Program-made: the position numbers and the translations under genes | The notes under the pieces: generated by a model | What the model was told of the DNA's origin: nothing | Seen by the model: the letters and a program-made list of their open reading frames with translations, nothing else | The model's database searches: none | Shown here: one piece after another, positions 1-9,700 of the stretch | Numbering within the stretch: position 1 is the first letter of the stretch | Layout: each line of letters starts with the position of its first letter | IMG/VR virus record: IMGVR_UViG_3300036779_000027 | Coordinates: 1 to 44,168 of that record | Length of the DNA stretch: 44,168 nt | Direction: 5' to 3' (one strand) | DNA from: a virus | Taxonomy: Duplodnaviria > Caudoviricetes

Positions 1-2
1 CT

Positions 3-383
3 TCCGCCAGGACAATTCACCGTGGCTCCATTAACAGGAACTTGTCTGCTAACCCCCACGGTCAACCCGCTGCCGGTCCCGCCAGCGACGGCGGCATCAA
101 CATAGGCTTTGTTGGCTATGTCACTCCCATTGATCGGATTGGCCATACCGGTGATCTGGGTGTAACCAGTCTGCCCCAGGATGATCTGGGTCGAGCCGAT
201 CATCACCCACGGTGTCGCCAGCTTGTCGTTGGTGATAGTTCCCGGCAGGATTGAACCGGCACCGCCGCCGCTACTCTCACCCGACTGGATCGCTATCGCG
301 ATGGCAGCGTTGAGATCGGCAGCGGTCAGGATACCAAAATCTTTCCACGGGTACCCGCCGTAGTAAAAGCCTTGCATTGACAT
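3..383 (-). CDS. Tail-fibre-associated protein, runs off the left edge (partial)
   Basis: Not in the ORF track. Manual translation from ATG 383 (AGGAG upstream): MSMQGFYYGGYPWKDFGILTAADLNAAIA...ITNDKLA...PINGSDIANKAYVDAAV..., open to the window edge. The NKAYVD motif is typical of phage fibres. Confidence 0.7.
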   Translation of the reverse strand, partial: MSMQGFYYGGYPWKDFGILTAADLNAAIAIAIQSGESSGGGAGSILPGTITNDKLATPWVMIGSTQIILGQTGYTQITGMANPINGSDIANKAYVDAAVAGGTGSGLTVGVSRQVPVNGATVNCPGG

Positions 384-394
384 CGCAGTGACTC

Positions 395-2224
395 CTACGA
401 CCAGAACTGAAGTCGGACACCACCTTGTGTACCGTCTTGTCCCTGGCTTGCGTTGAACGCGGCACCTCCACCACCCCCCGGTGCAGTGGGTGCGTACTGC
501 ACGCCACCAACATTATAGATGCCGCCCTTACCACCACCACCCGCCGCATCACCTCCCTTCGCGCAACCCGTGGCTGGCCACGAAGAGCCGTCAAGATCAG
601 TACCACCTTGACCCTGTATAGAGAAAGAACCGCCGCCACCACCGCCGCCAGCACCGGGTCCAGAAGAGGCACCGGCACCACCGTAGGCAACATAACTAAA
701 TCCGGCACCATTTACGACGGTGGTGTTACCGTTACCGGCTTGGGCACCATTGACAGCACCAGAACCGCCTTCACCAACATGCCCGGTTATGTTTTGCCCA
801 GGTGTGACTCCGACAGTACCGGCTGTAAAACCGCCGCCCGCGCCGCTTGCACCTTGGGTGGAAGGATTAGTGCCACCATCACTCCCGCTCCCGCCACCGC
901 CGCCACCCCACGCCGAAATGGTACAAAAACGCGCGTTTGCGGGTATGCCGTAAGCAAAGTCACCGGGGTTGTTGATGTAAATATCGTTGGACATCGGCGT
1001 GGGAATGTCATTCGGGAACAGGGCGTCACCGACATAGCTGCCATCGACATATATGTTGAGATGTCCGTTCCAGCCGAACCCAATGAAATGACTACCAAAG
1101 CCGACATATGCCCATCCGTCACTGCCGATGCTACCGCTATTATCGATCTGGGCACTGCCGGTATCATGGAAGCCATCAACCGTCAATCCGGCGACAATAT
1201 TAGCCGAACCGTTGACCTGGAGGTGACCCTGAACACCGGCGGCACCGCTGGTGTACAAAGAAGCACCGGACACTTGGTTATTGCTTGTAATGTTACCAGT
1301 GACATTTAAGTTACCCTGAACATTGGCGGCACCGCTGGTGAACAAAGAAGCACCGGACACTTGGTTATTGCTTGTAATGTTACCAGTGACATTTAAGTTA
1401 CCTCCCATTGAGAGACTACCGGAACCCAAATTGAGGTTCACGTTACCAGTCAGCCAGCCGCCGCTGTTGTAAAGCTGGATGCCGTTGACAAAAAGCGAGT
1501 TACCGCAATACAGTGACTGACCAGCACTGATATTGAGGCCAGCATTGATACCGGCGTTGGCGTTTATGTTGTTAAAACCTGCGTCACCAGTAGCCAGATT
1601 AACGCTGGCGTGTGAGGCTGCGGCAGAGTCGTAGAAAAACAGGTAGCCGTTACCGGAACCAGGACGAATATAGGCATTCGCCGTGTCCATATAAAAATTT
1701 GGACCCGCCGATGTAGCACCGCTAAAGAACACATAGTTCCCGCCCATAAACAAGTTGCCGGTCAAACGAACATTCGGCGCGTAAAGGTCACCACTCAGTG
1801 GCACCGTAGGGCCAGCGGTCAGAGGCAGGCACGGTACCCAGGTTCCCGCATGCCGACCATAGGTGTTCCCGTCATTCGGCGCTTCAGCGACAAACACACG
1901 ACGCAGCGCGGCATCGAAGTTAGCTATCCACTCGGCAAGGTTACCGTCATCGAGAATAGGTACTGACACCAATGCCTCATTGACCCACTCAGCGATACCC
2001 GCCGAGATGAACGAGGGCTGACGAATCGCCTTGTTCGCCTCGATCGACTTGGCTAAGCCGCCGACAAAGCCGTTAGCGCGCGCCGGGTTCCCGGCCCAAC
2101 TCGGCTGATCCTGCACATTCGCGCCCGCGCCTGTGGCGAAGGGCAGAAAGTCATTTTGCGCGGCACAAGTTCGACGTGTCTCTAGAGAGGTGACATATCG
2201 AAACGCCTGGGATAGTTCCAACAT
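395..2224 (-). CDS. Tail fibre protein with C-terminal glycine-rich domain
   Basis: N-terminal NDFLPFATGAGANV anchor typical of fibres following baseplate J/DUF2612; foldon-like APNDGNTYGR; beta-rich repeats; C-terminal WGGGGGG...GAGGG...VTPGQ Gly-rich domain. GAGGGGAGGG lies upstream of ATG 2224. Confidence 0.85.
   Translation of the reverse strand: MLELSQAFRYVTSLETRRTCAAQNDFLPFATGAGANVQDQPSWAGNPARANGFVGGLAKSIEANKAIRQPSFISAGIAEWVNEALVSVPILDDGNLAEWIANFDAALRRVFVAEAPNDGNTYGRHAGTWVPCLPLTAGPTVPLSGDLYAPNVRLTGNLFMGGNYVFFSGATSAGPNFYMDTANAYIRPGSGNGYLFFYDSAAASHASVNLATGDAGFNNINANAGINAGLNISAGQSLYCGNSLFVNGIQLYNSGGWLTGNVNLNLGSGSLSMGGNLNVTGNITSNNQVSGASLFTSGAANVQGNLNVTGNITSNNQVSGASLYTSGAAGVQGHLQVNGSANIVAGLTVDGFHDTGSAQIDNSGSIGSDGWAYVGFGSHFIGFGWNGHLNIYVDGSYVGDALFPNDIPTPMSNDIYINNPGDFAYGIPANARFCTISAWGGGGGGSGSDGGTNPSTQGASGAGGGFTAGTVGVTPGQNITGHVGEGGSGAVNGAQAGNGNTTVVNGAGFSYVAYGGAGASSGPGAGGGGGGGSFSIQGQGGTDLDGSSWPATGCAKGGDAAGGGGKGGIYNVGGVQYAPTAPGGGGGAAFNASQGQDGTQGGVRLQFWS
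1226..1402. repeat. Near-perfect 87-bp tandem duplication inside the tail fibre (29-aa unit)
   Basis: accctgaaca..ggcggcaccgctggtg(t/a)acaaagaagcaccggacacttggttattgcttgtaatgttaccagtgacatttaagtt occurs at 1226 and 1313; encodes GNLNVTGNITSNNQVSGASL(F/Y)TSGAA twice. Confidence 0.9.
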
Positions 2225-2225
2225 A

Positions 2226-2909
2226 TTACACCCTCCCCTCGCATAATGCCTGATCTGCGAGACGCATCCGATTAGACTTTCGAGCGTTCTCCACAGGCGT
2301 CAGATATTGCAGATTTTCCTCGATGTGCAGTCCGCTGATCCGGTAACCTTCAACGGTGTAACCTTTAAGCGGGACTATATGATCGACAACCGCTCCTGGC
2401 GGGCAGGCACTATAAACTGCGGAAACTGCGTGTTGATCCGCCCAGTATGGATTTGCCCTTCTGGCTCTATATCGCGTAGCTTTTGCGCGATTCTTGTCAG
2501 GGTTTGAAGCTCGCCAACAACGCGCCAACTCACGATAATAATCCGGCTTAAGTTCCCTAGATCGTCTAGTCCTAGCTACACAAACTTCTTTGTTCGCCTC
2601 TCGGTAACGAGCCTTGGCATCACGACTCGCTTCCGGATTAGTTTCAGCCCAACGCGCGGCGTTGGCAATCACGGTCCCTCGATATCCCGGTCGCTCTCGA
2701 TAATAGCGCGCCTCACGGACACCAAGTTTGTCGGGATTGTCGAAGCCCCGTTGTTGTCTAAGAAGTGCCAAACAGACGGAGCATCGCCTGTTTGAAACAA
2801 GCCGTTCGGCGACGTGTCCGTACTTACACGGTTTGCCCGTGAAGTAGCGCGTCACTCCTCTAACCCTAGCTTCTTTCAGCGACAACAAAGGTGTCACTCC
2901 CCTATTCAA
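2226..2909 (-). CDS. HNH homing endonuclease
   Basis: N-terminal RYFTGKPCKYGH..ER..SN..C..C zinc motif, basic helical linker, C-terminal VDHIVPL..GLHIEENLQYL..ENARKSN HNH motif. The start may be a few codons downstream. Confidence 0.85.
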   Translation of the reverse strand: MNRGVTPLLSLKEARVRGVTRYFTGKPCKYGHVAERLVSNRRCSVCLALLRQQRGFDNPDKLGVREARYYRERPGYRGTVIANAARWAETNPEASRDAKARYREANKEVCVARTRRSRELKPDYYRELARCWRASNPDKNRAKATRYRARRANPYWADQHAVSAVYSACPPGAVVDHIVPLKGYTVEGYRISGLHIEENLQYLTPVENARKSNRMRLADQALCEGRV

Positions 2910-3637
2910 TCAGAATATGGCGATTTCGTGGTTGCCCACGCGCCGACATCCCATCCCGCGATCGTGGTGTCCATACAATCGAACCCGAACACCGGCGTAC
3001 CACCGGGACCGGCTGGCCACACAGTCGGATACCAGTGACTCATTCCGACACCGGCGGGCTTCAAATCGAGTTCCCCTGTATCGAATAGCGCGACAGTGAT
3101 CTGATCCGGCGGGCTTGGTCCCAGGATCAGAAGACCCATCGTACAGTCACCCCAGTCCTGTACGGCGATCGAATACCCGGTGCCTTTGAATAGCTGGTCG
3201 TAGGCCGCATAGGCACCGGGAATTGTTCCATCCCAATGGTTCGCCAGGATCACCGCGCGTAACAGATTGCGGTATTGTTCATCAGGCAGTGACACAATAC
3301 CGGTATCCGGATCAAACGGGCGTTTCCAGTTCGCTTGGTTCCAGCCCAGACCTTCAATGTCCCAACTAAAATAGGCGTTGATCGGAACCGTCAGGAACCG
3401 GGTGCGCCCGACCCAGTCACCGACACCATCGAGTTGCTCGCCCACGGCGGTGTCGAGATCGTAGTACGCGTAGAAATGTGTCTCCAGCCATGTGGTGTCG
3501 CCAAATGGCTGTAACAGACAAATGAGCATCTCGGTATACTTCGGTTGCTGATTGTGCTCCGAAGTGACTTCATCGAGATACGAGGTGATATCGGCAATAC
3601 CGTGCCGATCCGGCGGGGGTTCGGTTCCATCGATCAT
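2906..3637 (-). CDS. DUF2612-family baseplate wedge protein
   Basis: DLDTAVGEQLDGVGDWVGRTR...LPDEQYRNLLRAVILANHWDGT motif; lies directly after baseplate J. Confidence 0.85.
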   Translation of the reverse strand: MIDGTEPPPDRHGIADITSYLDEVTSEHNQQPKYTEMLICLLQPFGDTTWLETHFYAYYDLDTAVGEQLDGVGDWVGRTRFLTVPINAYFSWDIEGLGWNQANWKRPFDPDTGIVSLPDEQYRNLLRAVILANHWDGTIPGAYAAYDQLFKGTGYSIAVQDWGDCTMGLLILGPSPPDQITVALFDTGELDLKPAGVGMSHWYPTVWPAGPGGTPVFGFDCMDTTIAGWDVGAWATTKSPYSD

Positions 3638-5067
3638 TGCGCCACCACTACGATGTCACTGGAGTTTGTGATCACGGCTGCGCCGTAAAACTCGATCCCA
3701 ATGTCTAACACCCCGTACACGATGGAACCCGGCGGCACCGAGAACCCGGCCTGGATGTTGTCGGCGAAAAAGATCGCCGTACCACTGATCGAGGTGATTC
3801 GGGTCAGCATGTAGGTCATGGTGTTCAACGTCAACCAGATCGATTCACCTACGACGAAGCGGGCCGGGTTGACCACGTTGATACCATTGCCGGTGTACGG
3901 TCCACCGACCACCGTCATGTCGCTGCGCGCCAGCGCAAGCCCGGAGGGCGTGTTAATCGAGTAGGTGGCACCCAAGGGGTCCAGAGCCGATTGAGGCTGC
4001 CCTGTCGCCTCCGTGGCGGCATCACCGTCCAGGTTGATCGGCGAGTAGAGATCGCCCAAGTGCAAGCTGGTGCCGATCTCCAGGTTATTGACGTACTGCA
4101 TCAGCGACGCCGACGCCATCGCGCCGATCGCGTCCGAGTAACCAAGCACCGCCGTCAAATGAATGAGCGCGGAGATTTCAATGTTCACCAATTGAAAATA
4201 CTTGATTGTCGATGGCATACCCTTCGAGTCAATCACCGTCTCGGTGACATTTCCATAAGTCGGGATACCCGGCGGCTTGGTGTTGGCGATACTCTGCGCA
4301 ATTGCCACTGGATCGGAACCCTCGACCACGGCGGCGATACTATGTGACGGAATACCGGTCACCGGATCGGTGACAAACGTGGCGTTCTCGTACACGCGCG
4401 CGCGTGTCACCGTGGGCAACGTCAACAAGTTACCCTGGATCGATGACAGGACCGTCTGCGCCGGTATCGAGGTTGACTTGGTCTGACGGCGGCGCAACTG
4501 CGCATCGGTTTCAACCGGGTTACCGACAACCGCTGCATTAGCATTAGTAACCGTCTGCCAGCCCGGTATCGGCGTGTCGATGTTCAATATTGTATCCGGC
4601 GCAGCCACGACTGCGCCCTGTGCCGTGGACACGGCTATCGTATCGATAACACCGGCTGGCGGAATAGTCACAGGACCGAGAATAAACCATTGAGTACCCA
4701 GGTTCAGGCTATCACTGACATAGGAATTCTGGATCACCGTACCGATAGTTCCGCCCAGTGTCACGGTGACAGTGCTGTTAGTCGGTATCTTTCGCGCGAT
4801 CCCGTTGATTTTGACAATGGAACTTAAACCCGCACCGACCGCGAAGCCAGGACGGAACGAATTGAATGCGGTGATCGCCGCGTTGTTAGTGTCATCGAGT
4901 GCCTGGGAATAGATACCCAGTAACTGACCATCTTGGGTATCTGGATCAATATCGATGTCGACACCGTAAATGGCGCGGAACTGGTTCTGGAAGTAGGCCA
5001 GCACCTCTTCGAACGGCACCGCGCTGATACCGCTTGCGTCAATAGTGACAATAACCGGTGTCGTCAT
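3634..5067 (-). CDS. Baseplate J/gp47-like protein
   Basis: DPDTQDGQLLGI, GAGLSSIVKINGIARK, ETDAQLRRRQ, ARVYEN, PSHSIAAVVEG motifs. Start moved to ATG 5067 (ATGA overlap with upstream stop). Confidence 0.9.
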   Translation of the reverse strand: MTTPVIVTIDASGISAVPFEEVLAYFQNQFRAIYGVDIDIDPDTQDGQLLGIYSQALDDTNNAAITAFNSFRPGFAVGAGLSSIVKINGIARKIPTNSTVTVTLGGTIGTVIQNSYVSDSLNLGTQWFILGPVTIPPAGVIDTIAVSTAQGAVVAAPDTILNIDTPIPGWQTVTNANAAVVGNPVETDAQLRRRQTKSTSIPAQTVLSSIQGNLLTLPTVTRARVYENATFVTDPVTGIPSHSIAAVVEGSDPVAIAQSIANTKPPGIPTYGNVTETVIDSKGMPSTIKYFQLVNIEISALIHLTAVLGYSDAIGAMASASLMQYVNNLEIGTSLHLGDLYSPINLDGDAATEATGQPQSALDPLGATYSINTPSGLALARSDMTVVGGPYTGNGINVVNPARFVVGESIWLTLNTMTYMLTRITSISGTAIFFADNIQAGFSVPPGSIVYGVLDIGIEFYGAAVITNSSDIVVVAQ

Positions 5068-5510
5068 AGCGGGGCACTCCCGGTCAACGCGGACCAATTA
5101 AGCACGAAATACGGGCGTTCGACGATCGGTGTAACCTGGAAGCCGAGCCGCCCGTAGATCGTGGTGACAATCATTTGCACCGAAAACTGCCGAGTGCTCG
5201 TATCGACCTGTGACGCGTACACGTCGATCGTCTGCACACCGGGTGTCTCCAACACACGGACACGAAGCGCCACATCGCGTGTCAGTTCCGTGTGCATCCC
5301 CAGAACCTGCCCCTGCGCCACCACCTGGGGGTTAAGCGGGAACCCTCCCCACGGAGTTCCTTCCTGCGCATCGAGGAACCACTCGCCGCGATACAGCAAG
5401 AGTCGGGTGGCGATTGCCTGCCCGACACCTTCAACCTGATTGTACCAAAAGTCGGCCCCGTTGTGACCGAATTGATAATCTCCCTGCGTGTCTTGCTTAC
5501 GCAGCCGCAT
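5064..5510 (-). CDS. Baseplate wedge subunit (gp25/GpW-like)
   Basis: MRLRKQDTQGDYQFG...VGQAIATRLLLYRGEWFLD..EGTPW...VLETPGV...TIYG. Start moved to ATG 5510. Confidence 0.8.
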   Translation of the reverse strand: MRLRKQDTQGDYQFGHNGADFWYNQVEGVGQAIATRLLLYRGEWFLDAQEGTPWGGFPLNPQVVAQGQVLGMHTELTRDVALRVRVLETPGVQTIDVYASQVDTSTRQFSVQMIVTTIYGRLGFQVTPIVERPYFVLNWSALTGSAPL

Positions 5511-5745
5511 CGGGAACCGCCACTGACATTGGGGGTTGAGCGGCGAGTGCCTCGCCATTGGGGAGCTTTGGCGGTATCGATGACTGAAGCGAACTCTGTA
5601 ACTGTGCCTGGATCGCTTCAAGCAACGGTGCGGCGATCTTGTACGGCGCTTCCGAAAGCGCCGTCATGACACCGTTCCATTGCTGCGCTTCCAGAGTCAC
5701 TGTCATCGGCATGGTTGCCGGGATCGGCGTGGGTTGACCTAGCAT
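5497..5745 (-). CDS. Small hypothetical fibre-associated protein
   Basis: GAGGAGG RBS; helical VTLEAQQWNGVMTALSEAPY..AAPLLEAIQAQLQ, a type of small gene often next to phage fibres. Confidence 0.6.
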   Translation of the reverse strand: MLGQPTPIPATMPMTVTLEAQQWNGVMTALSEAPYKIAAPLLEAIQAQLQSSLQSSIPPKLPNGEALAAQPPMSVAVPDAAA

Positions 5746-5765
5746 AAGTTCCTCCTCACAAAAAG

Positions 5766-6368
5766 TTACGCGATACTCACCGTGTTACTTGCCGGTGCGA
5801 CGGTAGACCCGATGGCGTTTGTCGCTGTCACCACGCAAACGATGCTATGACCGGAATCACCCGCGACAACAACATAACTGTTGCTGTTGGTACCGACATT
5901 CGCGCCGTCACTCTGCCACTGGTAAGAGTAACCGGTTGGCTGGTTTGACCAAGTGCCCGTCGTAGAAGTGAGTGTGTCACCAACAGCCGCCGAAGCGACA
6001 ACCGCACCGTTATACAAAACAGCGGGAATGGTGGTGTTACCCGGCACGACGGTTGGCGGCGCAGGCTGTTGAACCGCGCCAGTGACTCCCAGATTGGTCA
6101 ACGCGGTGACAATGTCGGTAGAACGGTTGACGAGTTCGGTACGAATCGCCGACATTGTCGCGGTGGTAGCCGGTTTGGCCATAAAGATCGCCACCGGCGG
6201 GTTAAACGTGGTTGGCGGGCCGCCTGGGCTGTCGGTTGGCGGTGGCGCGCCGACAACGGTGAAATGAGACAGGGTTCCGCCAGCATCGATCAGACCGATT
6301 GCTTGCCCGATCGACTCGTTCTCGGTGTAGAGCGCGGTGATTTGCTGTTGATCATCATATGCAGACAT
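5766..6368 (-). CDS. Hypothetical structural protein with C-terminal Ig-like domain
   Basis: AGGAGG RBS; N-terminus paralogous to 6414-6752; C-terminal VGDTLT..TGTW...YSYQW...SYVV..GDSGHSIVCVVTATN Ig-like sandwich. Confidence 0.75.
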   Translation of the reverse strand: MSAYDDQQQITALYTENESIGQAIGLIDAGGTLSHFTVVGAPPPTDSPGGPPTTFNPPVAIFMAKPATTATMSAIRTELVNRSTDIVTALTNLGVTGAVQQPAPPTVVPGNTTIPAVLYNGAVVASAAVGDTLTSTTGTWSNQPTGYSYQWQSDGANVGTNSNSYVVVAGDSGHSIVCVVTATNAIGSTVAPASNTVSIA

Positions 6369-6413
6369 TTGCTACCTCCTGGGGTTGGGCGAAGTATATC
6401 GCGTGTTGAGGGA

Positions 6414-6752
6414 TCACGCACCTGTCGCGCCGGTGGCACCAGTCGGTGGCGTCTTTTCCGCAACCGGCGTATTGGCCACGCCAAGCGCCGCCAGTTCAGC
6501 CTCAACCGCATTGGAACGGTTGACCAGCCACGCCCGCAGATCAGCCATCAATTGCGGATCGTTAGGACCGGGCACAGAAATCATCGCCGCCATCATCATC
6601 GTCGTCACCGGCTCAGTACCCGAAGGTGGAGGTGGTCCGATGGTAAACGTTGTCAACGGACCACCCGCATCGATCATCGCAACCGCATTATTGAGTTGCT
6701 GGTTCTCGGCATAGAGCGCGTTGATCTGGGGAACGTCACTGTATTCGGCCAT
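6414..6752 (-). CDS. Hypothetical protein, paralogue of the 5766-6368 N-terminus
   Basis: Shares QI.ALY.EN..+..A+.+IDAGG.L..FT+..PPP and LVNRS with the neighbouring gene; AAAGGAA RBS. Confidence 0.7.
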   Translation of the reverse strand: MAEYSDVPQINALYAENQQLNNAVAMIDAGGPLTTFTIGPPPPSGTEPVTTMMMAAMISVPGPNDPQLMADLRAWLVNRSNAVEAELAALGVANTPVAEKTPPTGATGATGA

Positions 6753-9700
6753 GCATCTGTTCCTTTAAAGAGGTGACTTCCGCTGCCAATTCCTGAACCG
6801 CCTTCCAGAGGATGGCTGTTAGTTCCCGACTGTCGAGTGACTGATTGCCAGTCTCCTCGTCAATTTGGTGTCCACCAAATTCCTTACCGCCGCCAATGAC
6901 ACTTTCAACATCCTGGGCGATAAAGCCCCAATGCACGATGTCACGCTTCTCTTCGAGTCCATTGTTCCATTTGAACCGTTGCGGGTTGAGTGACATCACA
7001 TACGGCAGACACTCCGGTAGATCGATAATGTCACTCTTCTGCCGCCGGTCACTGGCACCGGGATACGCGTGGGCATAAACATTGGCCCACGCGGTTCCGT
7101 TAAGACCGCAATTCAACGTGTTGTCACTAGTCGGATACAAATTCATATAAGCAATTATGTATGAGGCACCCATTATCAGTTGGGTTACCGCACCACCGAT
7201 AGTCTGAAAATTATGAATGGTGTTACGATAGAAATTGTTACCATTGTCACCGAGATAGATCGCACCGTTGCCCGCGTGATCAAGCAGTGTCACGTAACCG
7301 CTCGCACCGGGAACATTGGAATACATACATTCAATACCGTTCGACCAGAAAGCACCAGCACTGTCGATGGCTGCGATCTGAGTCGCAGCGCCGCCGTTCC
7401 AGAAACGGAATGACGTGCCGCTGGTCGGCAGCACAAAATCTATAACCCCGCTTGCCGCCGTGATCCGCGCTGTGGCAGTACCTAAGTTAATACTGCCTCC
7501 ATTGACTGAGAAGCTAGAGACAACTAAGAGATTGCCGCCAAACGTCGCATCGCCGGTCGTGACATTGAAATACAGCGGGCGCAGTGAATTGAACCCGCCA
7601 AAGGCGTCACCGCTGGCAGTGAACAACAGATAGAGATTAGAGGTGTCGAGCCGGAACATCGCGCCGATGCCGGATGTTGAATTAGCCGGGGCCATGCGGA
7701 TTTGGCCCGCGCCACCCGCTATCGTCGCGAGGACGCTGGGAACGCTGATCGTCGTGTCATCAATAGTAACGCTGGTGATCGCCGCCGCCGTATTGACAGG
7801 TGTCGTCAATAGACGGATTTGCGTGCCTTGCGCAGTGTCCGTCCATGCTTGAGAGGCGACAAACTGGAACGCCGCCCGCGCCCCGGAACTATACCCGGTC
7901 GCGCCGTAACCCATCGCGTTAAACACCCCCAGAACGTCATTCGCTTGCGTCGCGGTCGGTACCGCCGCCGTGCCGTTCGCGCGCCGGAAGGTGAAGAGCG
8001 GCTGGACGCTGCCCCACGCATCGATCAGAAAGCGGGTGCCGCTGCCATCCGCCCCTTGCAGCCACAATGCTGTGCCGCTAAGAACCGTCGCGGTTGGCAC
8101 TGTCGTCGTCGCGTTGAGTATCAACACACTGTTTGACAGCGACATCATCCGCGTGACGCCGCCGTACCAGAAAAAGGTTCCCGCCGTAGCGTTTGGCACC
8201 GAAAACCAGACCGCACCACCTTCTATCCCAATCGCGTAATCGACCGCAGACGCGCTTTCATTGGGATAAAGAATCAGCTTTGTACCGACCGATCGCGTCG
8301 TGAAGGTAGGGGCACCGATGCCGCTGGCAAGCCAACTGATCCAGTTCGACGTGGCGTTAGCGAGCGTGATCTGCGGTGCCGCGCTGGTGAGATTGAGCGC
8401 GCTTGTAATCGAGCCGCTTAGCGAGAGATTGTTAACAACTATCAAATTATCGTAGATACGAACATTACGATTAGGTGACGTCGTACCAGCCCCAACAATG
8501 CTGAGCGAGCTTGTGTCAAAGCCGCGATAGTCGATAGTTCCCGCGTTTATATCGTCACCGCTGGTGATCGCCATCCGCCAGCGAGTTGGAGTGAGGTTGG
8601 CGTAGACTGTAGACTGTGAGTCAGTGGTTTGAATAAGCACTACATCGGCGGCACCCCCTACCGTCTGAAAACGATGGTGCGTGTTCCGGTAGTAGTTGGT
8701 CGGGTCACCGCCGCTGCCGGTGTTTCCGAGAACCAGCGCCGCGTTACCGCCGGGTTCGTACACATACACGTAGCTGGCGCTTGCGTTGGCAAAACCGACA
8801 CCGTTACTGGAATAGATACCACTGGAAGAGATGTTCGCAAAATTCACCCCGTTCTTGTCCTGGAACAGGATGCCATCGTTCCCCGATCCGACATGTAGCG
8901 CGATATAGTTTGGGTCACCGTAGATAAACGGTCCACCCACACCATTGACTGTGCCCGTTCCGCCACTGAGATAGAGGTAATTCCCGCTGAGAGTCAGGCT
9001 TGTCACTGTTACCGCAGCGAGCGTCGTAGCTCCGGTAACATTCAGCGTACCACTAAAAGTACCATTAACCGCAGCCAAATTACCGGTTAGTGTCAATCCG
9101 GTGCTGGCAAAGGTGGCAACCAACGCGGCATTGCCCGCAGTGGTGGGCGCGGTCACATTTATAATCACCCGCGCGCCCTGCGCGGTTCCCGACCACAACT
9201 CAGCGGCTTGTAACTGTATCGAGGCGCGTGTCCCGGTGTATGCCGTGCCGTAACCGCGACCTTCCCATGAACCCAGAATCTGGTTGTTGATGGTCGCTGT
9301 TGGTGACGCGATCGTACCGCCAACCGCTCGCATGTAGATAGTTGGGATACCGGTATTGGACGCATCAAGTAGTACACGCGGGTGAGAATTGTCCGCTTGC
9401 ACCAGCCACAACATCGTCTGAGCGATGGCTGGCGGTGACGCGGCATTCTGACTCAGAGTCACCAAACCGGTGACAGTACCTCCGGTTAACGGCAGGTAAG
9501 GTGTCACTACATCTATCGTGTTCGGCGTGGTACCGGTGTTAAGTGCCAATCCGGGACCAACTTGCCAGTTCGGACCCTGCGGACCTGTAGGTCCGGTTGT
9601 GCCTGTGGCACCTGTTGGTCCCGCTGGTCCGGTCGGTCCCGGAACCGTGCTCGCGGCACCAGTGGCACCCGTTGCACCTGTCGGCCCCGCTGGACCCGTG

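Noticed and set aside
425-1309. 294-aa plus-strand ORF and the other plus-strand ORFs (e.g. 6069-6776, 9518-10219, 33885-34502)
   Set aside because: Antisense shadows of well-supported minus-strand genes in GC-rich or collagen-coding DNA; no motifs.
1226-1402. Diversity-generating retroelement TR/VR pair
   Set aside because: It is an in-frame tandem duplication; no adenine-specific mismatch pattern and no reverse transcriptase in the window.
2160-2909. Group I intron carrying the HNH gene
   Set aside because: Flanking genes look complete, and there is no non-coding room for an intron core.
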